From contig CAVYBO010000002.1 in assembly GCA_963766885.1 (NCBI GenBank), positions 22,014 to 86,013 on the forward strand: 64,000 nt of DNA, written 5' to 3'. A model generated the notes under the pieces. It had not been told where the DNA came from. It was given only the letters and a program-made list of their open reading frames with translations, and searched no databases. Positions 47,015 to 57,160 of the stretch are shown here, piece after piece; the stretch's first letter is position 1; each line of letters begins with the position of its first letter. Both the position numbers and the translations under genes were made by a program. Origin of the DNA: an uncultured bacterium (GTDB taxonomy: Bacteria; Patescibacteriota; Minisyncoccia; Phycocordibacterales; CAIRYW01).

Positions 47015-48189
47015 TACAAATTAAAAATCTTTTTAAAGGATTCTGATATTTTTTCTCGTTTGAGGGTTTCCTCTGGGCTGGCATAGCTCGGTATTAGTTT
47101 TTCATCAAGTGAAATAAGCGAGCGGTTCATTTCGAGTTCCTGGCCGTTTAAGATTTTGCGTACGCAATAAGCTACGGCTGCGCCGTTTATCATAGCTGCT
47201 CCGCCAAGCTGTGGCCAGGAAACTATTGTTTTCCCCATTTCAAGCAAAGATTGCTGCATTTTCTCTGTCACGTTTTCCGGCCCAACGTGTTTGGTGATCA
47301 TTCTGCCAATGCCGAATTTATCGAGTTTTGACAGCATTTCGTAAGACACTTCGCCCATTCGGCCGTGGAAAAACGGAGTATTTGGATCAAGATCGTATCG
47401 TTCCACATCAACCACGGCGTTATCTCCGTTATCTGCTGCCATGACCACTGGAAGCCTGTTTTTTTTTGCCTGTTCTCTTATAAGATATTTGACGGCAAGA
47501 TTGTCCAATTCGTCAATAACAATATCCAATCCCTCAAAAAATCTTTCAATGTTTTCTTTATTTAGCCCTTCTGGAAATAATTCTATTTCCGCATACGGAT
47601 TGATCTCATAGATTCTTTTTGCTGCCATTTCAACTTTAAGCATTCCTAAATTGTCTACGCCCATAAGTATTCTGTTTGTATTGGAAAGAGCCAAACGATC
47701 TAAATCCGCAAGTTTCAGATGCTTTGCTCCGCCTTGAAGAACAATGGCAAAAGCGACACTTGACCCAACGCTTAACCCGCCAATGCCTACTGTCGAATTG
47801 TAGAATTTGTCCTGTTCCTTTTCGCTTATTAAATTTTTGTTTCTTGCTGTTCGAACTTTGTAGAAATCCTCTTCTGGCAGAATATGCGCTAATGTTGAGC
47901 TCCAAGGAAAGTAAACCCAGTGGCCTTGCTGCCAAATCGGCTTCTCGCTTTGCAGTCTCTGATAGTATTTTTCAAATTCATCTTTAAAATCTGGACTATA
48001 AACCCTGCCTGGATTTTTCACGCCGTACAATTCAAGCTCTTGTTCTTTGTAATCATCCGAAATATGTTTGATGTCTTCTTTGTCAAACATCTCTTCAAGT
48101 TTTTTTTGGTCATCAATCTTTGACAAATCAAAAAAGAAAGGTTTGATCTGGCAGGCTGCTTGGTTCGTTAAATGTTTTTCTATACTCAT
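47014..48189 (-). CDS. E1-like ThiF/MoeB-family adenylyltransferase with a about 130-aa N-terminal extension
   Basis: VGIGGLSVGSSVAFAIVLQGGAKHLKLADLDRLALSNTNR Rossmann/ThiF motif; no CxxC zinc motifs. Confidence 0.65.
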   Translation of the reverse strand: MSIEKHLTNQAACQIKPFFFDLSKIDDQKKLEEMFDKEDIKHISDDYKEQELELYGVKNPGRVYSPDFKDEFEKYYQRLQSEKPIWQQGHWVYFPWSSTLAHILPEEDFYKVRTARNKNLISEKEQDKFYNSTVGIGGLSVGSSVAFAIVLQGGAKHLKLADLDRLALSNTNRILMGVDNLGMLKVEMAAKRIYEINPYAEIELFPEGLNKENIERFFEGLDIVIDELDNLAVKYLIREQAKKNRLPVVMAADNGDNAVVDVERYDLDPNTPFFHGRMGEVSYEMLSKLDKFGIGRMITKHVGPENVTEKMQQSLLEMGKTIVSWPQLGGAAMINGAAVAYCVRKILNGQELEMNRSLISLDEKLIPSYASPEETLKREKISESFKKIFNL

Positions 48190-48191
48190 AT

Positions 48192-49283
48192 TTATTTTGA
48201 TTGAAAATCTGAAATTGTTTTAACTACTTTATTATAATCTTTTTTGGACGGTATGTTTATCCTGATACAATCTTTAAAAAGACCGTTACTATGAGGATAG
48301 GCCGAGACGTCATTAACTAAAATTCCTTTTAAATTTAGGTATTTAATGAATTTTTTCTGGTTTTTTATTTTAGCGATAATGAAATTAGTATCGGTCTTAT
48401 AGCAGAAAATGTTTTCCTCTTTAAGAAAAGCTACGAATTTTGCTTTCCTAGTCAAAGTAGATGCGAGTTCTTTTTTGAAATGACCGGCATTTTTAAGCGC
48501 TACAATACCAGCATACACAGCAAAATGATTCACAGCCCACGGCAGACGCAGTTTTAAAAGTTCTTTGATTACGGACGGATGAGCTATGACATAGCCAAGC
48601 CGAAGACCAGCCAAGCCGAAAGATTTGGAAAATGTTCTCAAAATAATTAAGTTGCTATATTTTGAAATCAAATCAACAGCTGTTATGCCGCTAAATTCCA
48701 TATATGCCTCGTCGATAATTACAGGAATTTTATATTCGTAGCATTTTTTAACAAGTGCCGTCATTTGATTATGCGGAATCGATGATCCCAAAGGATTGTT
48801 GGGGTTGCACAAAAGCAACCCTTTTGTTTTTGAGGTGATAGCACTCAGGGTTTTTTCAAAAGGAAAAACGAATAAGTCGTTGTTTGTTGTGTACGCAATA
48901 ATCTCTGATTCTGCCCCGATAAGCTTTAAAATCGAAAAATATACAAAAAAAGTCGGTGATGGAGCCACAACATGATCACCTTCGTTAAAAAATAAATTAA
49001 GGAGCATTTGAATGGCGTGATCAGAGCCGCTGGTGATAGATATGTTTTCTTTTTTTATCTGTGAATATTTTGCAAGAGCAGAGTTGAGCTCTTCGTACTC
49101 GGGATAAGCGGTAACAGTGAAGGCATCGAATTTTTTAAGCGCGGAAAGAATGGTTTTTGTCAAAGAGCCGTAACCTTCGTTTAAATCAAGCCGAATAAAT
49201 GATTTTCTTCCAGTGGGAGGCTTCCAGGATGAAGAATCTGTGACGTGCTTTCTAATTAGCCTTTCGAGGTCTTGTTTTTGCAT
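48192..49283 (-). CDS. class I/II PLP-dependent aminotransferase (HisC-like)
   Basis: NPNNPLG, IIDEAY, FSKSFGLAGLRLGY (PLP Lys). Confidence 0.75.
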   Translation of the reverse strand: MQKQDLERLIRKHVTDSSSWKPPTGRKSFIRLDLNEGYGSLTKTILSALKKFDAFTVTAYPEYEELNSALAKYSQIKKENISITSGSDHAIQMLLNLFFNEGDHVVAPSPTFFVYFSILKLIGAESEIIAYTTNNDLFVFPFEKTLSAITSKTKGLLLCNPNNPLGSSIPHNQMTALVKKCYEYKIPVIIDEAYMEFSGITAVDLISKYSNLIILRTFSKSFGLAGLRLGYVIAHPSVIKELLKLRLPWAVNHFAVYAGIVALKNAGHFKKELASTLTRKAKFVAFLKEENIFCYKTDTNFIIAKIKNQKKFIKYLNLKGILVNDVSAYPHSNGLFKDCIRINIPSKKDYNKVVKTISDFQSK

Positions 49284-50834
49284 CTAATTATTTTTGACCC
49301 ATTTTTGTTTTATGCCAGTCTGAAAATGGGTCGGATGTCCGTGCGGCCAGAAAATAATATGAGGCTCAACTTTGCCTGGCATCATATTTGCATTGTTCTT
49401 GTGTTCTGCGCTTTTTTCTATCAAACTCGCTGAAACCAGTTTTCTAACTTCCTGGCTTAGCCAATCAGACTCTGTTATTCCTGGTTTTAGTTCGATATTT
49501 AATTCAAGATACTCATCCTGTTTTTTATCATTTTTCGTGTACATTGTGAATTTGCCTGTTATATATTTTTCGAGGCCGTGATTTTGAAGTCCTGCTTTGA
49601 CATATTCTGGATATATAATAGCTCCATAGAGTTTTACAGACAGATCTGTTCGTTCATATATATAAACGAAAGGCAGTTCAGAAACAGTGTCTTTGATACC
49701 AGCTTTTTCGATTTCTTCCCAAATATCGATTTTCTCTTCTTTGAACATTTGTTCGATATCCTTGAAGTCGTAAACACCTCCATTATCGCCGATTTCGTAG
49801 CGTACAAGCGGAAGCACGTTGTTGCCGCTGCAATAAATCTTTCGGTTTACGCTTTCAAAGTTAATGAACTGAGGTATATATTGGCATAATGTTGGTATGC
49901 GAGTTGCTTCAGTAAAGATCTTCCTATACAACTTTTTATTTTTAAGGGCTAGGCGGCGAATAAGTATACTAATAGGAGTTTCTTCAGCCATTGTGCCCAA
50001 GTCGGCAGAGCCGTATATATTTATTGTATCTCTGTATGGATCTTTCATACCAGTTTTTCTCATAATATAGTCCCGGAATTCTTCAGAAAACGATTCTGCT
50101 GCGAATACCATTTTTAAATTAAAATTCTTCCAATTAATACCGTTTTCTTTTCCTTCATCAATGACATCCTTCATAAACGGCGGATAACCGCACAAAATAA
50201 CCTGATCATATTTAGGGCCGATGTTTTTTAAAGATTCAAAAATTTCTTTTTTGTTAACCCCAGGAGTCAAAATTGTCATTGGGTATCCTCTGCCGGAAAT
50301 TGATTTGAATGCTTGGTATGTAATAACCCCTCCGATCCATACGCCCATGCCAAAACAGACTAAAACAAGAGTTGATTTTTTGGGGTCAATTTTCGCGTTT
50401 CGGAAAAACATTTGGTGGTATATAGATGATTGAGCATCCAGAAGTCCATTTCTTGGAAAATAAAATGGCCTGCCGGTTGAACCAGACGTCGAAGTTAATA
50501 CTAGAGATTGTTCGGTTAATGATCCTGGCATGCAAAGTTTCTCCCAAGGATAGCTTCGGAGATAATTATCTTTGTTTACAGGAGGGATATTCTCAAACTC
50601 TTCAAGAGTTTTTATCTTATTTTGGTTGATTTGGGCTTTCTTTAAAAAATCTTTATAAGCCTTCACATTGTCAGCGCATATATGAAAAAGTTCAAGCAAA
50701 TTTTTCGTTCTTTCTTTTTTCCAAAAATCGCTTTTTTTGCTATAAATATAATCTAATCGCTTTCCAGCAATTTGTTTAGGGAGCTTGCTTTCTCTCTCAA
50801 ACAGTTCCGCAATATTTTGTTTCTCCTTGGCCAT
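49284..50834 (-). CDS. PaaK/F390-synthetase-like adenylate-forming enzyme (ANL superfamily)
   Basis: 516 aa; LTSTSGSTGRPF AMP-binding P-loop-like motif, YGSADLG. Confidence 0.6.
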   Translation of the reverse strand: MAKEKQNIAELFERESKLPKQIAGKRLDYIYSKKSDFWKKERTKNLLELFHICADNVKAYKDFLKKAQINQNKIKTLEEFENIPPVNKDNYLRSYPWEKLCMPGSLTEQSLVLTSTSGSTGRPFYFPRNGLLDAQSSIYHQMFFRNAKIDPKKSTLVLVCFGMGVWIGGVITYQAFKSISGRGYPMTILTPGVNKKEIFESLKNIGPKYDQVILCGYPPFMKDVIDEGKENGINWKNFNLKMVFAAESFSEEFRDYIMRKTGMKDPYRDTINIYGSADLGTMAEETPISILIRRLALKNKKLYRKIFTEATRIPTLCQYIPQFINFESVNRKIYCSGNNVLPLVRYEIGDNGGVYDFKDIEQMFKEEKIDIWEEIEKAGIKDTVSELPFVYIYERTDLSVKLYGAIIYPEYVKAGLQNHGLEKYITGKFTMYTKNDKKQDEYLELNIELKPGITESDWLSQEVRKLVSASLIEKSAEHKNNANMMPGKVEPHIIFWPHGHPTHFQTGIKQKWVKNN

Positions 50835-50896
50835 AATGAATTACTAATTACTTGACTGAAATATAATTATATCACACCAGAAAACATTTTTTGGCT

Positions 50897-51286
50897 CTAA
50901 ATTTTTATTATTTTTTGCATTTCCTCGAGTTCCGATTCTGTTGTTATTTTGCCTCCCTTGGGATTTTTTAATTCTTTGTCATTGTTTATTGGAACCAAAT
51001 GTATGTGTGCGTGTGGGACAGCAAAACCCTCAACGATCAGCCCAATTCTTTTGGCCCCAGTCACCTTTTGTAATTTTGGAGCGATTTTTTTAGCAGTCAA
51101 AAATAATTCTTGGTACCCATCATCAGAAATATCAAAGACATTATCAATGTGATTTTTTGGAATAAGAAGCGTGTGCCCAGGATTTATTGGATGAATATCA
51201 AGGAAAGCCAGGTGAGTTTCATCTTCCCAAACTTTGTGACTTGGTAATTCTTCTTTTACAATTTTACAAAAAATGCAATCATCCAT
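50897..51286 (-). CDS. HIT-family (Hint-like) nucleotide hydrolase
   Basis: 129 aa; CIFCKI..., HAHIHLVP histidine triad. Confidence 0.85.
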   Translation of the reverse strand: MDDCIFCKIVKEELPSHKVWEDETHLAFLDIHPINPGHTLLIPKNHIDNVFDISDDGYQELFLTAKKIAPKLQKVTGAKRIGLIVEGFAVPHAHIHLVPINNDKELKNPKGGKITTESELEEMQKIIKI

Positions 51287-51300
51287 TACATTATTATAGC

Positions 51301-53091
51301 TTAATTATTTTCTTTGGAGTCGTCAGCAAACTGTATGTTATAAAGTTTTTTGTAAGTTGGGCTTTTTTCTAAAAGCTCCTCGTGCTTGCCTGTGGCTTCA
51401 ATCTGACTGTCTTTAAAGACAACAATCATATCAGCATGCAGCACCGTAGAGAGTCTGTGAGCAATAATAATTGAAGTTCGGTCTTTAATTAGAGCATCTG
51501 TAGCTTTGCTAATTAATTTTTCGCTCTCACTGTCCAAATGGCTTGTAGCTTCGTCCAAAATAAGGATCCTTGGATCGCGAAGTACGGCCCGCGCAATGCC
51601 AACTCTTTGGCGCTCGCCGCCAGAAAGCTTGATACCTCGCTCGCCCACAACTGTGTCGTAACCATTTTCTAGCTTTTGGATAAAGCCATCGGCAAGTGCA
51701 GTTTTGGCGGCGTTTTCGATTTCCATTTGATTTGTATTTTCTCTACCGTAGGCTATATTTTCGGAAACAGTTCTTGAAAACAAATCTACTTCTTGCGGCA
51801 CCACAGCCATTTGTTCACGTAAACTTTTTTGCGTTACGTCGCGGATATCTTTTTCATCAATAATAATTTGTCCTTTTTGCGGATCGTATGATCGCATTAG
51901 CATATTTATAAATGTTGTTTTGCCGCTGCCCGATCTTCCAACCAAAGCTACGGTTTTTCCAGCCGGAATTACAAGATTTATACTTTTGAGTGCCCAATCC
52001 TTATTTTCATTATTTACTCCGTGATATGAAAAAGAAACGTTTTTAAATTCAATTTGCTTTTGAAGATACGGAAGGATTTCAGCCTCAGCTTTATCCGTAA
52101 CATGAACCTCTTCATCCAAAACGGCAAATAATCTTTCTACTCGGGTGGCATTGCGCCGCATTCTTGGAAAAATTATCGAAAGCTGGGAGAGCGGCTGATA
52201 TGCCATATTTTGAAGCGTAATAAAAAGCACAAATTGTCCGATTGAGGCTTGTCCAACAAGGACAAACCAGGAGCTCAAAATAAGCACAATCACTCTGCCA
52301 GCTGTTGCAATGGCTGTTTGGGTGTTTTCTACCACTCCCCACAGCCTCTCGGCGCTATACTGAATTTCTCGTGCTTTAGCCATAAGAACATGTTCGTTCT
52401 CCGTTTCGGTTTCTTCCTGGGAGAATTTTTTGACAGTCAGCACATTTCCAGCAACGTCGTAGAGCTCTTTTGAAATCATTTCAAAAACATCGTTTGACTC
52501 CTGTTCGATTTTGTAAATTTTGTCGGAAATTCTTTTGGTGCTCAAAAAATAAATTGGAAAAGGAATAAGCACAGCAATTGCAATCCAAACATTTTCATAC
52601 GTTAATGCGACGAATGTGCCGATGAAAATTATTAAAGACGGCAAAAGCATCTGGCCGATTATGTCATAGAGAATTGAGTAGGCGGAGGTCGCACCCCTTT
52701 CAATTCGTCCGATAATTTGTCCACTTGAAGATTGATGATGGAATAAAGCATGAAGATCAAGATATTTTTCAAATGTTTCATTTCGTAATCGATCTTCTGT
52801 TTTTGTCACTAGTTTGAATAGGTGATAATTGTAGCTTGATTGAAAAATACTAGAAACAAGCGTTGCAAACAAAATTCCAATTGCAGCATAAACTAAGGTT
52901 AACCAAGGTACAGCGCCACCGATTTTTAAATAATTAGTCATCGCATCAATCAAGTCTTTTGAAATAAAAGGAACTACAAGGCTTGCTCCTTGAGATACGG
53001 TAATAAGAAAAATCAAAAAGATAACGGTCTTTTTGCGATCTTTAAGCAATGACAATATTCTTCTTATTGTTCCCTGCGGTTTCTGATCCAT
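51301..53091 (-). CDS. ABC exporter, fused permease/ATPase (MsbA-like)
   Basis: 596 aa; 6 TM, Walker A GRSGSGKTT, signature LSGGERQRVGIARA, Walker B ILILDEATS. Confidence 0.85.
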   Translation of the reverse strand: MDQKPQGTIRRILSLLKDRKKTVIFLIFLITVSQGASLVVPFISKDLIDAMTNYLKIGGAVPWLTLVYAAIGILFATLVSSIFQSSYNYHLFKLVTKTEDRLRNETFEKYLDLHALFHHQSSSGQIIGRIERGATSAYSILYDIIGQMLLPSLIIFIGTFVALTYENVWIAIAVLIPFPIYFLSTKRISDKIYKIEQESNDVFEMISKELYDVAGNVLTVKKFSQEETETENEHVLMAKAREIQYSAERLWGVVENTQTAIATAGRVIVLILSSWFVLVGQASIGQFVLFITLQNMAYQPLSQLSIIFPRMRRNATRVERLFAVLDEEVHVTDKAEAEILPYLQKQIEFKNVSFSYHGVNNENKDWALKSINLVIPAGKTVALVGRSGSGKTTFINMLMRSYDPQKGQIIIDEKDIRDVTQKSLREQMAVVPQEVDLFSRTVSENIAYGRENTNQMEIENAAKTALADGFIQKLENGYDTVVGERGIKLSGGERQRVGIARAVLRDPRILILDEATSHLDSESEKLISKATDALIKDRTSIIIAHRLSTVLHADMIVVFKDSQIEATGKHEELLEKSPTYKKLYNIQFADDSKENN

Positions 53092-53102
53092 ATTTTGATG
53101 GT

Positions 53103-54176
53103 TTATAATCCTTCCTTTTTTAATTCTTCAATTTGTTTTCTGCTTTCCTGAGAGAGTTTCTTAGGAATACTGATTTTGATCTTTAAGAACAAATCTCCCC
53201 TCTGATGTGTCCCAACAGGGACACCCTTTCCTTTTATACGAAGCATCTCGCCAAAGTTGATTCCTTCCGGAATTTTTACTTTCAGGCTGCCGTCTAATAT
53301 TTCTATGTTATATTCGGCGCCCAGAAGTGCATCAGAAAGCTTTACATCCAAGTCCATAATCAAGTTTGACCCTTCCTTGAATATTTTAGGATGCTTTCTG
53401 ACGTGAATTTTGACATATAAGTCTCCGGAAATTCCTCCGGCTTCTGCTTCACCAAAGCCTGTCAGTTTAATCATCTCTCCATTTTCAATACCGGCTGGAA
53501 TTTGAATTTCAATTTCCCGCTGTTCGTTTACCACACCTTTGCCTTTGCAGACTTTGCATTTTTCTTTGGGAATTTTTCCCTTACCAAAACAGGTATCGCA
53601 AACTTTTGTGGTGCTTAGTGTTCCGAGAATTGATCGACGATTTTCTCTGATCGTTCCTTTCCCTGCGCATGTTGGGCAAGTAATAAATTCGCTTCCAGGT
53701 TCTCCACCGCCTCCCTTGCAATGATTGCAGATTGAAGTTTTGTCCAAAGATATTTTTTTTTCAACACCAAAAATTGATTCTTTGAAGTCAAGTTCAATGT
53801 CAATTGAAATATCTCTACCACGTCGCTGTCTTGCTCTTCCTCCGCCGCCAAATATATCGCCAAAAATATCTCCCAAATCAAACGACATTCCTTCACTAAA
53901 GTTACCAAAGTTGTTGAAATCAAATCCTTCAAATCCTGCACCCCCTTGTCCTTGAAACCCAGTACCATCGAAAGTTTTACCATACGTGTCGTATTCGGAG
54001 CGTTTTTTATCATCTGAAAGTACAGAATAAGCTTCACTTATTTCCTTAAATTTAGCTTCGTTTCCACCGCCTTTGTCTGGATGATATTTGTGCGCTAATT
54101 TTCGGAAAGACTTTTTAATATCTTCTTTGGAAGCGTTTTTTTCTATTTCTAATGTTTTGTAATAATCCTTACCCAT
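53103..54176 (-). CDS. dnaJ: chaperone DnaJ
   Basis: J domain HPD motif (YHPDK), G/F region, four CxxCxGxG zinc repeats. Confidence 0.9.
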   Translation of the reverse strand: MGKDYYKTLEIEKNASKEDIKKSFRKLAHKYHPDKGGGNEAKFKEISEAYSVLSDDKKRSEYDTYGKTFDGTGFQGQGGAGFEGFDFNNFGNFSEGMSFDLGDIFGDIFGGGGRARQRRGRDISIDIELDFKESIFGVEKKISLDKTSICNHCKGGGGEPGSEFITCPTCAGKGTIRENRRSILGTLSTTKVCDTCFGKGKIPKEKCKVCKGKGVVNEQREIEIQIPAGIENGEMIKLTGFGEAEAGGISGDLYVKIHVRKHPKIFKEGSNLIMDLDVKLSDALLGAEYNIEILDGSLKVKIPEGINFGEMLRIKGKGVPVGTHQRGDLFLKIKISIPKKLSQESRKQIEELKKEGL

Positions 54177-54185
54177 TTCTCACTT

Positions 54186-56063
54186 TTATTTATTTTCTTC
54201 TTTAAACTCGGCATCCTTTGGGGGTTCTTGGTTCGGGTTCGCTCCACTTTCTGGCGGTGTCGTCTGTTTGCTCATTGCTTCGCCAATTTTTGAAAGCTCA
54301 TTAGACAAAGCAGAAGCGGCGGATTTTATCGCTTCGACATCATCATTTTCTTTTGCTTTTGCAAGCGCAGTTTTCTTTTCTTCAACGCTTGTTTTGAGAT
54401 CGGGAGTAATTTTGTCGCCAAAGTCCTTTAAGCTTTTTTCAGCGGTGTAAATCATCTGATCAGCAAGATTTCTTTCTTCAGCCAGAGACTTGATTTTTTC
54501 GTCAGCTGCTGCGTTTGCCTCCGCATCTTTTTTCATTTTTTCGATTTCATCCTTTGAAAGCCCTGAAGAGGCTTCAATTCTTATTGACTGTTCTTTACCA
54601 GTAGCTTTTTCTTTGGCTTTAACAGCAAGAATTCCGTTTGCATCAATATCGAATGTAACTTCAACTTGTGGAATTCCTCTTGGTGCTGGTGCGATGCCAT
54701 CAAGAATAAATCTTCCAAGTGATTTATTGTCTTTTGCCAGTGCTCTTTCGCCTTGAACAATATGAATGTCCACAGATGTTTGGTTGTCTGCTGCTGTTGA
54801 GAATGTTTGGGATTTAGATGTTGGAATTGTTGTGTTTTTATCAATCAATTTTGTCCCCACTCCGCCAAGAGTTTCAATTCCCAAAGAAAGCGGAATAACA
54901 TCCAAAAGTAAAATATCTTTGACATCCCCGCCTAAAATCCCTCCTTGAATTGCTGCTCCTGCGGCTACAACCTCATCCGGGTTTACGCTCATATTAGGCT
55001 CTTTGCCAAAAAAGTCTTTAACAGCTTTTTGAAGTGCCGGCATTCTTGTCTGTCCTCCAACAAGAATGACTTCATTAATTTCTCCGACTTTAAATGGTGA
55101 GGCTTCCATCGCTCGCTTTGTAATTTCCATCGCTCGTCCTACAAATTCTCCCGCTAATTCTTCAAGCTTTGCGCGATTCATTTTGATCAGCAAGTGTCTC
55201 GGGCCAGAAGCATCTGATGTCAAGAATGGAATATTTATTTCTGTTTCTGCCGCTGCTGAAAGTTCGATTTTTGCCTTTTCAGCTGCCTCATCAAGTCGCT
55301 GCAAAGCAAGCGCGTCACTGCGAACGTCAATTCCAGACTCCTTTTTGAATTCATCCGCAAGGAAATTTATAATTTTTTGATCAATATCTTTGCCTCCAAG
55401 GTGAGCGTCTCCGTCTGTGGATTTGACTTCAATTACATCATCTCCAACCTCAAGAATAGAAACGTCAAAAGTTCCACCTCCAAAGTCAAAGACCGCAATC
55501 TTTTCATCTTTCTTTTTGTTTAATCCGTATGCAAGAGCTGCAGCTGTAGGTTCGTTGATGATTCTTTTGACATCTAATCCCGCAATTTTTCCAGCATCTT
55601 TTGTTGCCTGTCTTTGTGAGTCATTGAAATATGCAGGCACAGTTATGACTGCTTCTGTGATTTTTTCTCCCAATTTTGCTTCGGCATCCGCCTTAAGTTT
55701 TTGTAGAATCATCGCAGAAATTTCTTCTGGGCGATACCATTTGTCAGCCATTTTTACTTCAATTCCGCCGTTTGCTGATTTCTGGATTTCAAAAGGCACT
55801 GACGCTTTGTCTTTCTGCACCCCCGGTTCGTCGAAAGTATGACCTATGAATCGCTTGATCTGATAAATTGTGTTTTTTGGATTTGTAACGCCCTGCCTTT
55901 TTGCCAAAAGGCCGACAAGCTTTTCTCCTGTTTTTGATTCTGCAACAATCGATGGAGTTGTTCTTGCACCTTCTGCGTTTTCAAGAATTTTTGGGCTCCC
56001 CCCTTCCATCACCGCTACGGCTGAGTTTGTTGTTCCTAAGTCGATTCCTATAATTTTTGCCAT
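54186..56063 (-). CDS. dnaK: chaperone DnaK (Hsp70)
   Basis: 625 aa; [22 protein letters not shown]. Confidence 0.95.
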   Translation of the reverse strand: MAKIIGIDLGTTNSAVAVMEGGSPKILENAEGARTTPSIVAESKTGEKLVGLLAKRQGVTNPKNTIYQIKRFIGHTFDEPGVQKDKASVPFEIQKSANGGIEVKMADKWYRPEEISAMILQKLKADAEAKLGEKITEAVITVPAYFNDSQRQATKDAGKIAGLDVKRIINEPTAAALAYGLNKKKDEKIAVFDFGGGTFDVSILEVGDDVIEVKSTDGDAHLGGKDIDQKIINFLADEFKKESGIDVRSDALALQRLDEAAEKAKIELSAAAETEINIPFLTSDASGPRHLLIKMNRAKLEELAGEFVGRAMEITKRAMEASPFKVGEINEVILVGGQTRMPALQKAVKDFFGKEPNMSVNPDEVVAAGAAIQGGILGGDVKDILLLDVIPLSLGIETLGGVGTKLIDKNTTIPTSKSQTFSTAADNQTSVDIHIVQGERALAKDNKSLGRFILDGIAPAPRGIPQVEVTFDIDANGILAVKAKEKATGKEQSIRIEASSGLSKDEIEKMKKDAEANAAADEKIKSLAEERNLADQMIYTAEKSLKDFGDKITPDLKTSVEEKKTALAKAKENDDVEAIKSAASALSNELSKIGEAMSKQTTPPESGANPNQEPPKDAEFKEENK

Positions 56064-56220
56064 AATTTTTGTTTAATTAAGTTTAATAAAGCCTAAGTAA
56101 ATAAAATTATCCAAAAGTTTTTATGGTACGGACATAATTTCTGCTGAAATTTGTCCTCGTTCTCGCGCCGTCGCGCTCCGAAAGCCCAAAAAACATTTGA
56201 TAATTTTATTTTCTGAACGA

Positions 56221-56523
56221 TTATAAATTAGGTCCTCTTGGAATAGAAAGATTAAAATACAAAATTGAATTATATGGAGAAGGAATAAATTTTGAATTTA
56301 TTTTTTGATTGGCTGGTTCGATGTATTTTTTTTCAGTATTTGCTCCAGCAATTGCAAGAGTGTTTGATTCTATCGGTAAAGCAGTTTCAATAGCTGTTGA
56401 GGAAATGACTTTAGCTTTTACCCTACCATCCTCCAAATACACAAGAAAAAGGACGCGGAATTGAATTCCTTGAGGCGAGGTAATGATTTTTTCAACAAAT
56501 TTTGACTGAGAAATTGTTAACAT
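56221..56523 (-). CDS. hypothetical protein between grpE and dnaK
   Basis: 100-aa ORF, no recognisable motif. Confidence 0.3.
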   Translation of the reverse strand: MLTISQSKFVEKIITSPQGIQFRVLFLVYLEDGRVKAKVISSTAIETALPIESNTLAIAGANTEKKYIEPANQKINSKFIPSPYNSILYFNLSIPRGPNL

Positions 56524-56543
56524 ATGATGATTTTAGCATAACT

Positions 56544-57110
56544 TTACTCTTTTTTATACTCTCCAACTTTTACCTTGGGTGCTCGAAGTTCTTTTCCATT
56601 TAATGAATATCCTTTTTGTATAACATTTGTAATTATTTGGTCCATATCTTTTTCTTCAACTACCACATATTCAATCGCTTCATCGCGCATCGGATCAAAT
56701 TTTTCGCCGACAGGATTTATTTCTTTGAGGCCGTCCTGTTCAAGAGTTTGTTTGAAGTGATTGTAGATGTATTCCACGCCAATTCTCCAGTTTTTATCCA
56801 CTTTCTCCCAAGCTTCTTTGTTGCTCATTGCCATATCAAAACTTTCTAGAACAGGAATCAAACCATCAATCAGTCTTTCGCTGGCGTATTTTATAATTTC
56901 CTTTCTTTCAACTTCATCTCTTTTGCGCGCATTAATAAAATCCGCTTTGTCTCTTTGCCAGTTTGTCAGGTAGTCCATCTTTTCAGACTCGAGGAGTTTG
57001 ATTTTTTCTTTTAGTTCCTTTATCTTGTCTTTTTCGTTATCAGAAAAATCAACGTCGTCTGAAGTATCATCAGTTTCCTCAATTTCTATTTCTTCTTTAT
57101 CTTTGTTCAT
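56544..57110 (-). CDS. grpE: nucleotide exchange factor GrpE
   Basis: 188 aa; acidic N-term, coiled coil, GrpE C-terminal domain. Confidence 0.85.
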   Translation of the reverse strand: MNKDKEEIEIEETDDTSDDVDFSDNEKDKIKELKEKIKLLESEKMDYLTNWQRDKADFINARKRDEVERKEIIKYASERLIDGLIPVLESFDMAMSNKEAWEKVDKNWRIGVEYIYNHFKQTLEQDGLKEINPVGEKFDPMRDEAIEYVVVEEKDMDQIITNVIQKGYSLNGKELRAPKVKVGEYKKE

Positions 57111-57160
57111 AGTAAAAGCATTGTAAAAGATTTAGCCAATATTGCAAGAAAAATTGAATT

